IMG/VR virus record: IMGVR_UViG_3300047386_000382
Strand: one strand, 5' to 3'
Source of the DNA: an uncultured virus (IMG/VR IMGVR_UViG_3300047386_000382)
Lineage: Duplodnaviria > Heunggongvirae > Uroviricota > Caudoviricetes
Length of the DNA: 20,000 nucleotides
The notes beneath the pieces are model-generated. The model was not told the origin of the DNA. It searched no databases and saw only the letters and a list, made by a program, of their open reading frames with translations. The position numbers and the translations under genes were made by a program. How positions within the stretch are numbered: the stretch's first letter is position 1; each line of letters opens with the position of its first letter. This document shows positions 6,821 to 16,158 of this stretch, one piece after another.

Positions 6821-9800
6821 TTACCAATTATTTTGTACTATATTAACCCAAGCATAGGTGGTTGCGCCGGTTTGCATGCACATATCTACATAGCTATTGT
6901 TTCCAGACGTATAATATTTTAATGTTCCAACATTTGAAGCAGAGGCAGTGCTGCTATCGTCAGCCATTCTAATACCGCCGTTGACGTCTAATTTACTTAC
7001 CGGCGAAGCCGTTCCGATACCGACCTTGCCCGCGTTTGTTACGCATAGGTGATTATTCCCAGTATTACTTCCAACCCTTAAACCGTAATAACTGTTGCTA
7101 GTTCCATTTACATCAATTAAAACTCCAGAAACGTTTGAATAACTTTGACCACTTGAACCATTTACTACGTCTAATTTACCTATCGGCGAAGTTGTTCCGA
7201 CGCCAAGGTTACCACCGTTAAAATATGAATTACCGTTTGCCCGAATGACGGCTTTTAATGTGTTTGTATTATCATAAACACCAAAACGGTATAAATCACG
7301 GTCAAAAACAAACCGATTTGAAGTTCCGTCTGCCGCCCTTGTGATGAACAAATTTGATGATGTCCCGGTTGTTGAATCTCCGCTTGAAATTCTCCAAGAA
7401 CCGCCAGCGGTTGAAAAAGCTAAACCCGCATATCTTGATGTACTGTTTGAATCATTTATATTTATAACTGGATTGTCACCTCTAACGTGTAAATTTGAAG
7501 TTGGCAAAGTTGTTCCAATACCGACATTTCCGCTTGAATCAATTCGCATTCGTTCAATTGTAGAATTGTTTGTGGCTGTATGAAAAGTTAAATTATTATT
7601 AATAGAATTCGAACCTTCCCTATTAGACGCAATCATTGCTTCTGCAGCAAACATTGGGTTAAATTTAATAGAAACACCTTCGTTTGCACCAGAACCCGTA
7701 TTTTCTAAATAAATTAAATTAGCTGTTGACGCCGAAGATGATTCTGATATGTGTAATTTTCCAGTTGGCGAAGTCGTTCCGATGCCGAAGTTTCCAGCGT
7801 TGGTTAACGTCATTTTGTCAGAATTATTTATTCTGAACCCTATGGATTGCGTTGAACTAGCATTTAAAAAAGTTTGGCCACTACTTGATTGTAGTAAAGC
7901 ATAGGCGGTTGTTCCTAAACCTCTGTGCGCAAATCCAGCGTACCCGCTTAGTCCTATGTTGCCAACAACCGCCTTTCCAATTTCAGCAGAAACGTTATCA
8001 CCGGGACTAACAGAAAGTTTTTCACCCGGCGAAGTCGTTCCAATCCCGACGTTGCCTGAAGAACCGTCAACTTTCATGATTGAAGTTCCTTTTCCGTCAA
8101 AAATTTCAACATCTCTGAACTTTGTTTGCCCACCTTGATACCCAAATCTGTTTAATCTTATAGCGCCGTCATTTCCAGTATATTCGTCGTTTGCATAAAT
8201 TTCTTGTCCAGTTATGACAATACTTCCAGCGCCCGTTTTAAAAGTTGAAGATTTTGTTGTTCCTGAAACATGCAATTTTTCTTCAGGCGAAGTCGTTCCA
8301 ATTCCAACATTGCCGGAAGAATCGATGCGTAAGCGTTCAGCATTGTTCGTGTAAATACCCATGTGGTCTGTCGTGTGTTCATACTGAACCCGACCCATGT
8401 TTACATCATCAGGGTCACCAAAATGAACGCCAGATATACCCGTTGTGGACGTGCTAGATATTTGCACTTTTGTAGTGCTTGCGCCAGTAACATGCAGTTG
8501 TTCGCTAGGATTAACAGTACCAATTCCAACTCTGCCTTCCTTGGTGATAGTCATTCTTTGTTGTGGATTTATGCTATCACTTACCAATGTTGTCCAAAAT
8601 CCCAATTGACTATCACCGCCCGACCCCGCAACTCTTGTTCCAGTTATTTTTGCATTATAGGCGCTTGTTGTTCCAGCGGTTGCAGATGTTCCAAATATTA
8701 TTGAACCGCCGCCGCCGTTTGTATTTGCGCCGTCAACATCTAAAAATATGTTTGATGTTGGACTTGACGACATTGAAGTTGAAATTTGAAATTTTGTGCT
8801 TGGATTTGTCGTGCCAATACCGATGTTGCCTGAAGAATCTATTAAAAGTCTGCTATTGTTATTAGTGTTAAGAGATAAATTATTAGTATCAGATGTTCCG
8901 ACGTTAAATCCTTTGCCATTTGAAAGTATGCTATGGCTTCCAGAAGTCATAGTTGTAGTAATAGCAAAAGTTCCTCTTGTAGTTTTTATTATGTCCCCAT
9001 CGCCACTTACATCAAGTTTAGCACCCGGCGAAGTCGTGCCAATACCGACGTTGCCGTTTAAATCTAAAGCAAACGCATCAGCATCGGTTGACGGTCCCAT
9101 TAAAAAAGTGCCACCAGCGTTTTTGAACATTCTATGCGAGATAGAATTTGAACTGGTCAATGCAATACCGTCATTTGAAGTATCACCGCCTTGTCGTACT
9201 ATTAATGTACCTCCCGACGTAGCCACCCCAGTTCCCCCATTTACTTCCAATTTACCAGCCGGCGAAGTCGTTCCGATTCCAACGTCTGTGCCATCATCAT
9301 AAATAACAGAATCTGTTAGTGTATTTGGATCAGACCACTTTGATACATAATTAGCAGTACCGGATCCGTCGACCACTCCTCCGTCTGTTTCGATTACATT
9401 ACCATTAGAATCAACTGCTAAGTTTTTAGTTGCAGTCCCGGTTACATTGCCTTGCCCATATGAAGGTAATCTAAGTGTGCCTTCTAAATAGTTTTTATCA
9501 ATATCATGCAAATAAAGACCCCAGTTATTAGTAATGGCTGCTCCTCCAGCTATTTGTGAACTTCCTCTAATTAAATAGCTATTAGTAGTAGTACCACCGT
9601 TTATATCGGAAATTATTTCAACACCTTTAATATTTTCTATATTTGATGCTACCTCGTTTTCAGCATACACACCAACCGACTGAGGTACCTGACTATCATT
9701 ACCTGATTCAACTTGAGATACAAAATAACCACCTACAATTCTTGTTGAAATTGTATCATCAAATGAATTATCAATAGTTGTTCTGCCGTATACAGCATAA

Positions 9801-11980
9801 GCATTGTTGACTGTGTGAGTAGCATCCTCAATATAAGTAATTGCTTCAACCCCATACATATTGCCTACTTGCCCAGCTTGAGCTGAACTGTACGCTTGAA
9901 AATAACCGGCAGTTATACTGGTCATGTTGTCGCCTGTTCCTGTTCTTATATTTTTAGCGGAGGAAAAAACACCATATACATGGTTCGCGTCACCAATTGT
10001 TTTATTTGTAACATCAACGTTGATACCTTTTAATGTAAGCTCTTGTGATTGGTTACCTCCTGTGGCGGTAGAATCCATATCAACATTTACACCTGTTACA
10101 GTCCTATCTCCTGTAAGAGCAGTTGCACCAGTTAAATCAGCATCTACTGTAAAAGTATTGTAGTTATCATTATCTGCGGTGTCCCATCTTGAATTTACAG
10201 TAAATTTAGCACTGCTTGCAACACCTGTTCCGCCAAAGTTCATGTGGTTATCTGAGTACGTGCGAGTAAGCTGATTTTCAATTTTTAGCACGTCCCTACT
10301 ATTCGTATTATTACTAGGCCCTAAGGTTATTCTTCTTTTTCCAGGTGTTGATGCAGGTGTAGAAATTGCTAAATACGCTTGGTTATTACTAGCTGCACTA
10401 GTTTTGAAACCAATTTGAGATTTTTCGCCAGTGCTTTCAAATTGTGCAATTTGATTTACATCGTCTTTTACATGGAGCCTAAAACTAGGGTTTGTTCCAA
10501 TACCTACATCCCCCGAAGAATTTTCAATAATCATTCTTTGTATTCCGCTACCACTTGCGGACCCATCAGTAAAAAAGGCTATGTCGCCGTCTGATTTTAA
10601 ACTTGTTTGAGTGTTAAGGCTAGTAATACGGGTAGCAAAAGATGTGTTTGAATTTGCAATCCTTATTCCTGATGTGCCACTAGTTTCAAAATTAGCCACA
10701 TCACCACTTCCTGTGTTTTGCACGTCAAGTTTATACCCCGGCGCACCTGTTCCAATCCCAACGTTGCCGGAAGAATTGATTCGCATTCTACGTGTTTGGC
10801 TATCCATTCCGCTACCGACAGATTCTGCATTGAAATCTATACCGCCGTAACCCGCCAAAACAAGTCTGTTGTTTGTATCTCTAAAAGCGCCGACGTTATG
10901 ATTACTAAATTGAAGTTCCTGACCAACGGCATTCAAACGTATTTCACCATTCACATCAAGTTTCACGCCCGGCGAACTTGTTCCTATTCCTAACCTTCCG
11001 TTTGCTTCGTCTACAAATAATGTTTGTGATTCAATTGTATTACCTGTAGATCCAACCCATAGTCTTCCAGGTGTTAGGTTAGGTATATCGTTTGTTCTAA
11101 GTATGGACGATACGACTAAGTTCCCATCGTTAGATGTACTGACTCTACCGACCTTACCTATGTTTTGTATAAAGTTCCCGTATACAGGTTTTGTTATGGT
11201 AAGCGCTGCGCCAGATGTACCGCTTGGCTTTACATATATAATATCGTTTTCCGTGGGGTTTACACCATCAATTGGATCTGTAATAAGATTCCTAAGTTTG
11301 CCTGTGACTACAGCAAAACCTTCTGCGTTGTTAGCTAGGTCTTGTTTCAATAGCCCAACAGCTGGCATTTTAAGTGTATTAGATGCGTCAGCTAATTGTA
11401 CCTCTAGCTTACCTGAAGCACCTACTGAACCTGATATATATACGGGGTCACCTTTTACAAGTGCTGAACCTTGCGTGTTTTTAACAGGCACCTCTACAAC
11501 TTCCGCACCTCCTACGTGCAGATCAGCTAAATCAGTAAACGTAAGTTCTCCAACTGCATTCGATAATAGCACTTGGTCAACTACGCCTAACGTATCAGTT
11601 GTATCTTTTACAGGTCCGTTTAAATATAATGTACCTGTTTGCGTTATTAAGTCAGTGCTTGCATTACCTAATGTAACATTCCCGTTTAACGTGCTAGCTC
11701 CCGTAACCGTAATACTTGTATCAAAAGTTGCAGCTGCATCTACATTTAATTGGCCTGCTACTGTTAATATTGTAGCTTCGGCGTTTTGTGATAATATAGA
11801 ATCAGCCAGCACAGCACCGCCTGTGCCAAACATTGTGATGGTATTCTCTGTACCGTTTATAAAGTCATCAAATAGGTTATCAACTGTAATATGTATGTTT
11901 TGGTTACCGTCGTACCCAACTAAATACATGCCTGACGTGTGGTCGGTTCTTTCGTTAAACTGTGAAAACTTTATTGCCAT
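6821..11980 (-). CDS. Long modular tail fibre / receptor-binding protein (1719 aa)
   Basis: G/S/T/N-rich; 13 copies of G[NRDK]xG[IV]GTxxPxxKLxV-type repeats separating variable beta modules. Confidence 0.9.
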   Translation of the reverse strand: MAIKFSQFNERTDHTSGMYLVGYDGNQNIHITVDNLFDDFINGTENTITMFGTGGAVLADSILSQNAEATILTVAGQLNVDAAATFDTSITVTGASTLNGNVTLGNASTDLITQTGTLYLNGPVKDTTDTLGVVDQVLLSNAVGELTFTDLADLHVGGAEVVEVPVKNTQGSALVKGDPVYISGSVGASGKLEVQLADASNTLKMPAVGLLKQDLANNAEGFAVVTGKLRNLITDPIDGVNPTENDIIYVKPSGTSGAALTITKPVYGNFIQNIGKVGRVSTSNDGNLVVSSILRTNDIPNLTPGRLWVGSTGNTIESQTLFVDEANGRLGIGTSSPGVKLDVNGEIRLNAVGQELQFSNHNVGAFRDTNNRLVLAGYGGIDFNAESVGSGMDSQTRRMRINSSGNVGIGTGAPGYKLDVQNTGSGDVANFETSGTSGIRIANSNTSFATRITSLNTQTSLKSDGDIAFFTDGSASGSGIQRMIIENSSGDVGIGTNPSFRLHVKDDVNQIAQFESTGEKSQIGFKTSAASNNQAYLAISTPASTPGKRRITLGPSNNTNSRDVLKIENQLTRTYSDNHMNFGGTGVASSAKFTVNSRWDTADNDNYNTFTVDADLTGATALTGDRTVTGVNVDMDSTATGGNQSQELTLKGINVDVTNKTIGDANHVYGVFSSAKNIRTGTGDNMTSITAGYFQAYSSAQAGQVGNMYGVEAITYIEDATHTVNNAYAVYGRTTIDNSFDDTISTRIVGGYFVSQVESGNDSQVPQSVGVYAENEVASNIENIKGVEIISDINGGTTTNSYLIRGSSQIAGGAAITNNWGLYLHDIDKNYLEGTLRLPSYGQGNVTGTATKNLAVDSNGNVIETDGGVVDGSGTANYVSKWSDPNTLTDSVIYDDGTDVGIGTTSPAGKLEVNGGTGVATSGGTLIVRQGGDTSNDGIALTSSNSISHRMFKNAGGTFLMGPSTDADAFALDLNGNVGIGTTSPGAKLDVSGDGDIIKTTRGTFAITTTMTSGSHSILSNGKGFNVGTSDTNNLSLNTNNNSRLLIDSSGNIGIGTTNPSTKFQISTSMSSSPTSNIFLDVDGANTNGGGGSIIFGTSATAGTTSAYNAKITGTRVAGSGGDSQLGFWTTLVSDSINPQQRMTITKEGRVGIGTVNPSEQLHVTGASTTKVQISSTSTTGISGVHFGDPDDVNMGRVQYEHTTDHMGIYTNNAERLRIDSSGNVGIGTTSPEEKLHVSGTTKSSTFKTGAGSIVITGQEIYANDEYTGNDGAIRLNRFGYQGGQTKFRDVEIFDGKGTSIMKVDGSSGNVGIGTTSPGEKLSVSPGDNVSAEIGKAVVGNIGLSGYAGFAHRGLGTTAYALLQSSSGQTFLNASSTQSIGFRINNSDKMTLTNAGNFGIGTTSPTGKLHISESSSASTANLIYLENTGSGANEGVSIKFNPMFAAEAMIASNREGSNSINNNLTFHTATNNSTIERMRIDSSGNVGIGTTLPTSNLHVRGDNPVININDSNSTSRYAGLAFSTAGGSWRISSGDSTTGTSSNLFITRAADGTSNRFVFDRDLYRFGVYDNTNTLKAVIRANGNSYFNGGNLGVGTTSPIGKLDVVNGSSGQSYSNVSGVLIDVNGTSNSYYGLRVGSNTGNNHLCVTNAGKVGIGTASPVSKLDVNGGIRMADDSSTASASNVGTLKYYTSGNNSYVDMCMQTGATTYAWVNIVQNNW
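7002..10984 (-). repeat. Dispersed 14-bp direct repeat GGCGAAGTCGTTCC (+ strand) at fibre repeat junctions
   Basis: Exact at 7767, 8028, 8286, 9261; 1-2 mismatches at 7002, 7185, 7503, 9027, 10971. Confidence 0.85.
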
Positions 11981-12192
11981 TATTGTCTATTTGTATAATG
12001 CAGGTAATCATTGTACCCTTCTGTTATCATTGTTGGATAGCGGTCGCCCGGAGGCCACGACCCTTCTTCTGCTATAATCTCAATTGGCGGATCTGCTGTG
12101 CCAATTTCGGTAATCATTTCAAGGGAGTTCATACTACCATGATCATAAAGATCTTGGTCAATAATTAAGCCCATTTGATTGTGAATAGCCAT
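11980..12192 (-). CDS. Acidic hypothetical protein (70 aa)
   Basis: Stop overlaps the fibre ATG; fills the gap in the operon. Confidence 0.7.
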   Translation of the reverse strand: MAIHNQMGLIIDQDLYDHGSMNSLEMITEIGTADPPIEIIAEEGSWPPGDRYPTMITEGYNDYLHYTNRQ

Positions 12193-12193
12193 A

Positions 12194-12448
12194 CTATCTT
12201 AAATATCCTTTAACCGGCATAGCTACTAAGTTTGTAGCTGTTGTGCCTGTAGCAAAAACCCTTCTTACTTGCACCGGCACAAATTGTCCGTTATTTAAAT
12301 TGTAAAATGTAATATCCGTTCCTGCTCTAGTTGTTACCTTAACGTGACCCCCAACTCCTACATACAGTACACTCACATTAGGAAGGTCTGAACTATCGTT
12401 TGGAGTTACAGCTACAGCATCAGTCGCTTGTATCAGTGCTTGACTCAT
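12194..12448 (-). CDS. Head spike base protein-like (RcGTA Rcc01079-like)
   Basis: AVTPNDSSDL...LYVGVGGHVKV...ITFYNL...VPVQVRRVFATGTTAT matches the recalled family pattern. Confidence 0.7.
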   Translation of the reverse strand: MSQALIQATDAVAVTPNDSSDLPNVSVLYVGVGGHVKVTTRAGTDITFYNLNNGQFVPVQVRRVFATGTTATNLVAMPVKGYLR

Positions 12449-13283
12449 CTTGTGTTTGTATTTTTGATTCTAATTGTTCTATACGCGCTGTAAGCGCGTC
12501 GATTTTATTTTTTTGGTCTTCAATATTTGTAACTCTACCTAGCTGATCAACAGTTACACTTGCAAAATCATATCTACCTGCTTTTAAAAATGGTACTTTT
12601 GCAGGGCGAATAGATACTTCGCTACCGTCTTGTGATATACTAGTAAGTATTGCTGTTTCATCAAGCGATATTACTTTATTAACAGTCCCACCGACTTTTC
12701 CAAGATACTCAACTGTTAAGTCGGATCCAACCATTTTGGTTGTAATACCATTACCACCTTTAATATTTATTGTGCCCTCTGTGGTAATAGCGAAAGCTGT
12801 TCCTAAATCATCTGCAATACTTACACTTGTTACAGTGCCTTCATTGCTTGTGTACGGTAATTTAGCAATATCAAGCTTATTAGCTGTACCACTAATCTTA
12901 TTTTGTACTAAAAATTGTACATCATTAACGCTTGACTTATATTCTTTAGCAGCGTCTACAATATTATTGGCACCTTCGTATTTTAAACTAAGTACTGCGT
13001 TTCTATCTGTAACAGCGCTTTTAACAGGGCCTGATCCAAATACATTTAATATTGCATCTTCAATACTAGGGCCGTCAATTGTAAGAGTATTGTTGCTCCA
13101 GCCAAGCGTATATCCATTGTTAATATTATTAACAGCAAAGTTATCTAGAGTATTGATTGCATCTTTAGTAAGCGTAATAACGCTGGACATAGTTATTTTT
13201 TTGGTCGTACCTTTTTGAGTAGCGCCAATAAAATAATCTCCTGTTCCAACAGTACCAGAAGGGTAATCACCTAGCTTTGCCAT
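12420..13283 (-). CDS. Fibre/spike-like structural protein (287 aa)
   Basis: GTVTSVS, GGNGITT, VTVDQLGRVT fibre motifs and C-terminal coiled coil. Confidence 0.7.
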   Translation of the reverse strand: MAKLGDYPSGTVGTGDYFIGATQKGTTKKITMSSVITLTKDAINTLDNFAVNNINNGYTLGWSNNTLTIDGPSIEDAILNVFGSGPVKSAVTDRNAVLSLKYEGANNIVDAAKEYKSSVNDVQFLVQNKISGTANKLDIAKLPYTSNEGTVTSVSIADDLGTAFAITTEGTINIKGGNGITTKMVGSDLTVEYLGKVGGTVNKVISLDETAILTSISQDGSEVSIRPAKVPFLKAGRYDFASVTVDQLGRVTNIEDQKNKIDALTARIEQLESKIQTQDESSTDTSD

Positions 13284-13293
13284 ATGTTATGTT

Positions 13294-13560
13294 TTATTCA
13301 GTCGGTTCTTCTTCCGCTGGTGGTTTTTGACTTTCAAGCCAAGCATTATATTCCGATATCAGCTCATCTGTCCAAACGCCAGTTGCGTAAGGCTGTAATT
13401 CTTCTGGTAATGTTTCGCCAGGCTGGTAACTGTCTCGGCTGTAACTTTGAGCAATAATCTCTTCGCCGTCTTTAACTTCTACCAAATGCCTTACTTGTAG
13501 TGTTTTCCATTTTCCAGAAAACTCCACTTTGTTAATTGATGTTGTTTTATTTAAAGCCAT
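13294..13560 (-). CDS. Tail-fibre accessory/chaperone-like protein (88 aa)
   Basis: Follows a DDYEEG-type fibre; LQVR...DGEEIIA.SYSR...VWTDE pattern seen in that position in aquatic phages. Confidence 0.55.
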   Translation of the reverse strand: MALNKTTSINKVEFSGKWKTLQVRHLVEVKDGEEIIAQSYSRDSYQPGETLPEELQPYATGVWTDELISEYNAWLESQKPPAEEEPTE

Positions 13561-13571
13561 TTTGTTATTTA

Positions 13572-14714
13572 TTAATTATCTGTAAAATACGTAAATTGTC
13601 CGAACATAGCCATATTACCACCAGGTGGCGCTGTTGGTAAATAATTTGTTTTCATTGAGCCTATAGACCAGTCAGACCAGTAACTACTATACTCAGTATA
13701 TTCTAACTTAATAAGACTAGCTTGATTACTCGCGTGTGGGGTTAGTCTTGTTGCGCCCCCAAAATTCTGTGGGTTTTCACTAGAGTTATTTCTGTTATAC
13801 CAGCTAAAACTTATGTTACCACCCCCACCGTGAGCCATTGTAAAAGGCAAATTTGTTAACCACAACTCTCCAGTATATGTTGCAATTGCAGTAGGTATGC
13901 CTTTGTATTGTAAGTCAAAAAATAATGTTACTTTGCGACCTACTTTAATGTATTGACTGTTGTCTGTCCAAACTATACCACCACCAGAAACCCAGTTTGA
14001 CGAGCCGTAATTAGTACTACCAGCTCTAAACTGCACATTGTAGCTACCCTCTTCGTAGTCGTCAAATTCGTTTGCAGATGCAGTTCCACCTAATCTTATG
14101 CCGTTTGTTGACTGTATTGCATAAGTAAATACTGTGGGAGTTTTTAGATATGTAAATGAAGAACTCCCACTACCGTCCAACGGTGTGTTTTTCATCTCAA
14201 TATGTTCTACGTCTCCAGTCTTAATAATTAGCTTGCCTCTTTTTGTGTTATTACCAAAACCACTATTTTCGTACAATTCAAGTGATGCCTCGTATCCAGA
14301 GGCATTTGGATAAGTATCGGCTTTGAACATTCTTATTTTTGACATAGGATCACTACTGCCTCCAGACCAACTGGTACTATTGTTTTGAATTTCTAAATTG
14401 TTAGCTGAATATGTATTGGTAATACTAGACAAAGAGCCGACTGTAGTGTCTGCATAGCTTGTTGAGCTTGATGAGTTTTTTCTAATAGCAAAGTCTTGGT
14501 TATCGTCTGACGTTAAATAGACTGGATAACTTGACATTACGTCCCTAGCTTGCATTTTTATCATAGCCTTCCCATTACTAGTGTCGGTATCTATAACACT
14601 AAGCATCGCATCACTTTTGCTAATAGTCAAGTTGCCTGTCATTGTACCGCCAGTCTTGGCTACGTTGCCAGATGCTGTTCCTTCAAAGGTATCTGCTGTA
14701 TATTTTTTTCCCAT
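13572..14714 (-). CDS. Short tail fibre / receptor-binding protein (380 aa)
   Basis: KTGGTMTGNL shaft motif, ANEFDDYEEGSY and YIKVGRKVTLFF...LTNLPF C-terminal head domain. Confidence 0.75.
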   Translation of the reverse strand: MGKKYTADTFEGTASGNVAKTGGTMTGNLTISKSDAMLSVIDTDTSNGKAMIKMQARDVMSSYPVYLTSDDNQDFAIRKNSSSSTSYADTTVGSLSSITNTYSANNLEIQNNSTSWSGGSSDPMSKIRMFKADTYPNASGYEASLELYENSGFGNNTKRGKLIIKTGDVEHIEMKNTPLDGSGSSSFTYLKTPTVFTYAIQSTNGIRLGGTASANEFDDYEEGSYNVQFRAGSTNYGSSNWVSGGGIVWTDNSQYIKVGRKVTLFFDLQYKGIPTAIATYTGELWLTNLPFTMAHGGGGNISFSWYNRNNSSENPQNFGGATRLTPHASNQASLIKLEYTEYSSYWSDWSIGSMKTNYLPTAPPGGNMAMFGQFTYFTDN

Positions 14715-14718
14715 TGTA

Positions 14719-15009
14719 TTACCAGTTATTTTCTACTATATTAATCCATACATAAGTACTAGCTCCTGTTCGCATGGCTAAATCTATGTAACTATTGTTG
14801 CCTGCTTCCCTGTATCTTAAGCTACCTACGTTTGATGCGCTAGCAGGGGCCGTATTATTAGTTAATACATTTCTACCTTGTCTTACAAATGTTGTAATTT
14901 GCGCAACTGACATGCTTTTGGTAGCATCGTTGTTGGCATCGTCCGATACAACAAACAGGTCATCATTGCTAACCGAATCTATTTGTGGATAACTACTTAT
15001 TTTAGGCAT
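14719..15009 (-). CDS. Mini-fibre: anchor-like N-terminus fused to a paralogue of the long-fibre C-terminal domain (96 aa)
   Basis: Last 41 aa are 28/41 identical to the last 41 aa of 6821..11980. Confidence 0.8.
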   Translation of the reverse strand: MPKISSYPQIDSVSNDDLFVVSDDANNDATKSMSVAQITTFVRQGRNVLTNNTAPASASNVGSLRYREAGNNSYIDLAMRTGASTYVWINIVENNW

Positions 15010-15252
15010 TTATTCGTTTTTTGTTCCGTTTCTGCGGGGGTTCATACCTCCTCTATTTCTATGTGATGTAACAAAAGTACCAGTATAGTGATCATAGTCC
15101 TTGCCTTTTATGTTTTTACCAGCTTTTTTGGCTGCACGGCGCTTTTTTTGACTATCTGCTCGCTTTTTCTTGCGGTCATCACTGTTAGCATACCGCAAAT
15201 CACGCTCTTTTTTGCGTTTTGCGGCTGCCGTAGACAACTTTTGCTTACCCAT
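15010..15252 (-). CDS. Basic protein, possibly degenerate HNH-like (80 aa); first gene of late module
   Basis: K/R-rich helix then GKDYDH...SHRNRG; only a partial HNH pattern. Confidence 0.55.
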   Translation of the reverse strand: MGKQKLSTAAAKRKKERDLRYANSDDRKKKRADSQKKRRAAKKAGKNIKGKDYDHYTGTFVTSHRNRGGMNPRRNGTKNE

Positions 15253-15315
15253 CTAATTCTTTTTTTGTATATAATAGTAATTTACACACTTTTCATTGTT
15301 TTTACAGGTGCAGAG

Positions 15316-15361
15316 GTGACATTTGCCCACTATTATATATACCCTAAGAAGCTACCGTCAC
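15316..15361. repeat. Dyad element copy 1: GTGACATTTGC-N24-GCTACCGTCAC
   Basis: Imperfect inverted repeat around an AT-rich core; related copy at 17046-17090. Confidence 0.6.
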
Positions 15362-15579
15362 ATATTTTAGGTACCCAAATAAATTAAGGGGTGTGTTTTT
15401 AAAAAAAGTATCAGATATTTAGAGGTTTGGGGTTATATACTATTTTTTTACTACATACAACAATTTTAAAACCATTTTTATTTGACCGGGTTCCCCTGTT
15501 TTTTACGGATTATCCGGAATCTTTTGGCTTTTGCCAGGGTTTTACAGTAACTATCCGGCTTTTCCCCAGGACTGCCAGG

Positions 15580-15615
15580 TACGCGGAGCGTAGTGTATAG
15601 CATACGCGTATAGCA
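15580..15615 (+). repeat. Mini-hairpin TACGC-GGA-GCGTA plus 2x GTATAGCA
   Basis: Octamers at 15595 and 15608, abutting promoter motif copy 1. Confidence 0.8.
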
Positions 15616-15617
15616 TT

Positions 15618-15651
15618 TACAGCTCGGACACGGCTCCTTTCCGATAATATA
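15618..15651 (+). promoter_or_regulatory. Repeated early promoter-like motif, copy 1
   Basis: TACA-gctcgg-ACACG-gctcctttcc-GATAATATA. Confidence 0.75.
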
Positions 15652-15672
15652 TTTGAATCTAAAATTACAGAT

Positions 15673-15801
15673 ATGAAACGTAAATTCAATCACAAACAAA
15701 TAATCGTCGGAGTAATCGTAACGGCTTACCTGACCATGCTGATCGGCGGTATCGTAACCGTATTGTCCAACCTTGATTCCGTATCGTACGGTATCTACTA
15801 A
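15673..15801 (+). CDS. Small single-TM membrane protein (42 aa; missing from track)
   Basis: MKRKFNHKQIIVGVIVTAYLTMLIGGIVTVLSNLDSVSYGIY*; directly after motif copy 1. Confidence 0.75.
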   Translation: MKRKFNHKQIIVGVIVTAYLTMLIGGIVTVLSNLDSVSYGIY

Positions 15802-15812
15802 ACCTAATAACT

Positions 15813-15968
15813 ATGAGAGTAAGAATTGATACGAAGAACTGGATGGGCAACTATAGCAGCCGGGTCCAGACGTTCAACGGGGAATCCCATCTCCGTAACT
15901 ACATACGATTCATGGGCCACCATGAGATCTATTCGAAGATCATCGGGGTCGAGGTCCTTACAAACTAG
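15813..15968 (+). CDS. Small early protein (51 aa; missing from track)
   Basis: MRVRIDTKNWMGNYSSRVQTFNGESHLRNYIRFMGHHEIYSKIIGVEVLTN*; stop lies within motif copy 2. Confidence 0.75.
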   Translation: MRVRIDTKNWMGNYSSRVQTFNGESHLRNYIRFMGHHEIYSKIIGVEVLTN

Positions 15969-15992
15969 ATACGATCCCTTACCGATAATATA
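15959..15992 (+). promoter_or_regulatory. Repeated early promoter-like motif, copy 2
   Basis: TACA-aactag-ATACG-atcccttacc-GATAATATA. Confidence 0.75.
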
Positions 15993-16013
15993 ATTGAATC
16001 TAAAATAAATAAA

Positions 16014-16157
16014 ATGTCTAAAACAATTACCTTAACTCAATCTGACTATACTAATATAACCAAAGCTTTCTTCTTCTACCTTGAAAATGAAAAGTTTTTA
16101 AACCTTAGTCAAAAAGAAATTGATTCAATACTTGACACTAACTCTAAAATCCAATAA
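16014..16157 (+). CDS. Small early protein (47 aa; probable paralogue of 17243..17380)
   Basis: MSKTITLTQSDYTNITKAFFFYLENEKFLNLSQKEIDSILDTNSKIQ*; AAATAAAATG context. Confidence 0.75.
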   Translation: MSKTITLTQSDYTNITKAFFFYLENEKFLNLSQKEIDSILDTNSKIQ

Positions 16158-16158
16158 A

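Noticed and set aside
6575..12168. Alternative-frame minus-strand ORFs 6575..6769 and 11962..12168
   Set aside because: Nested in better-supported genes on the same strand
6821..15009. Shared fibre C-termini as DGR template/variable repeats
   Set aside because: Differences involve all bases and many synonymous sites rather than adenines only; both copies are coding; no reverse transcriptase in the window
3660..15387. Plus-strand ORFs in the track opposite the late genes (e.g. 4768..5217, 5515..6000, 8796..9302, 11103..12077, 12736..13218)
   Set aside because: Antisense shadows of well-supported minus-strand genes; no motifs or start contexts
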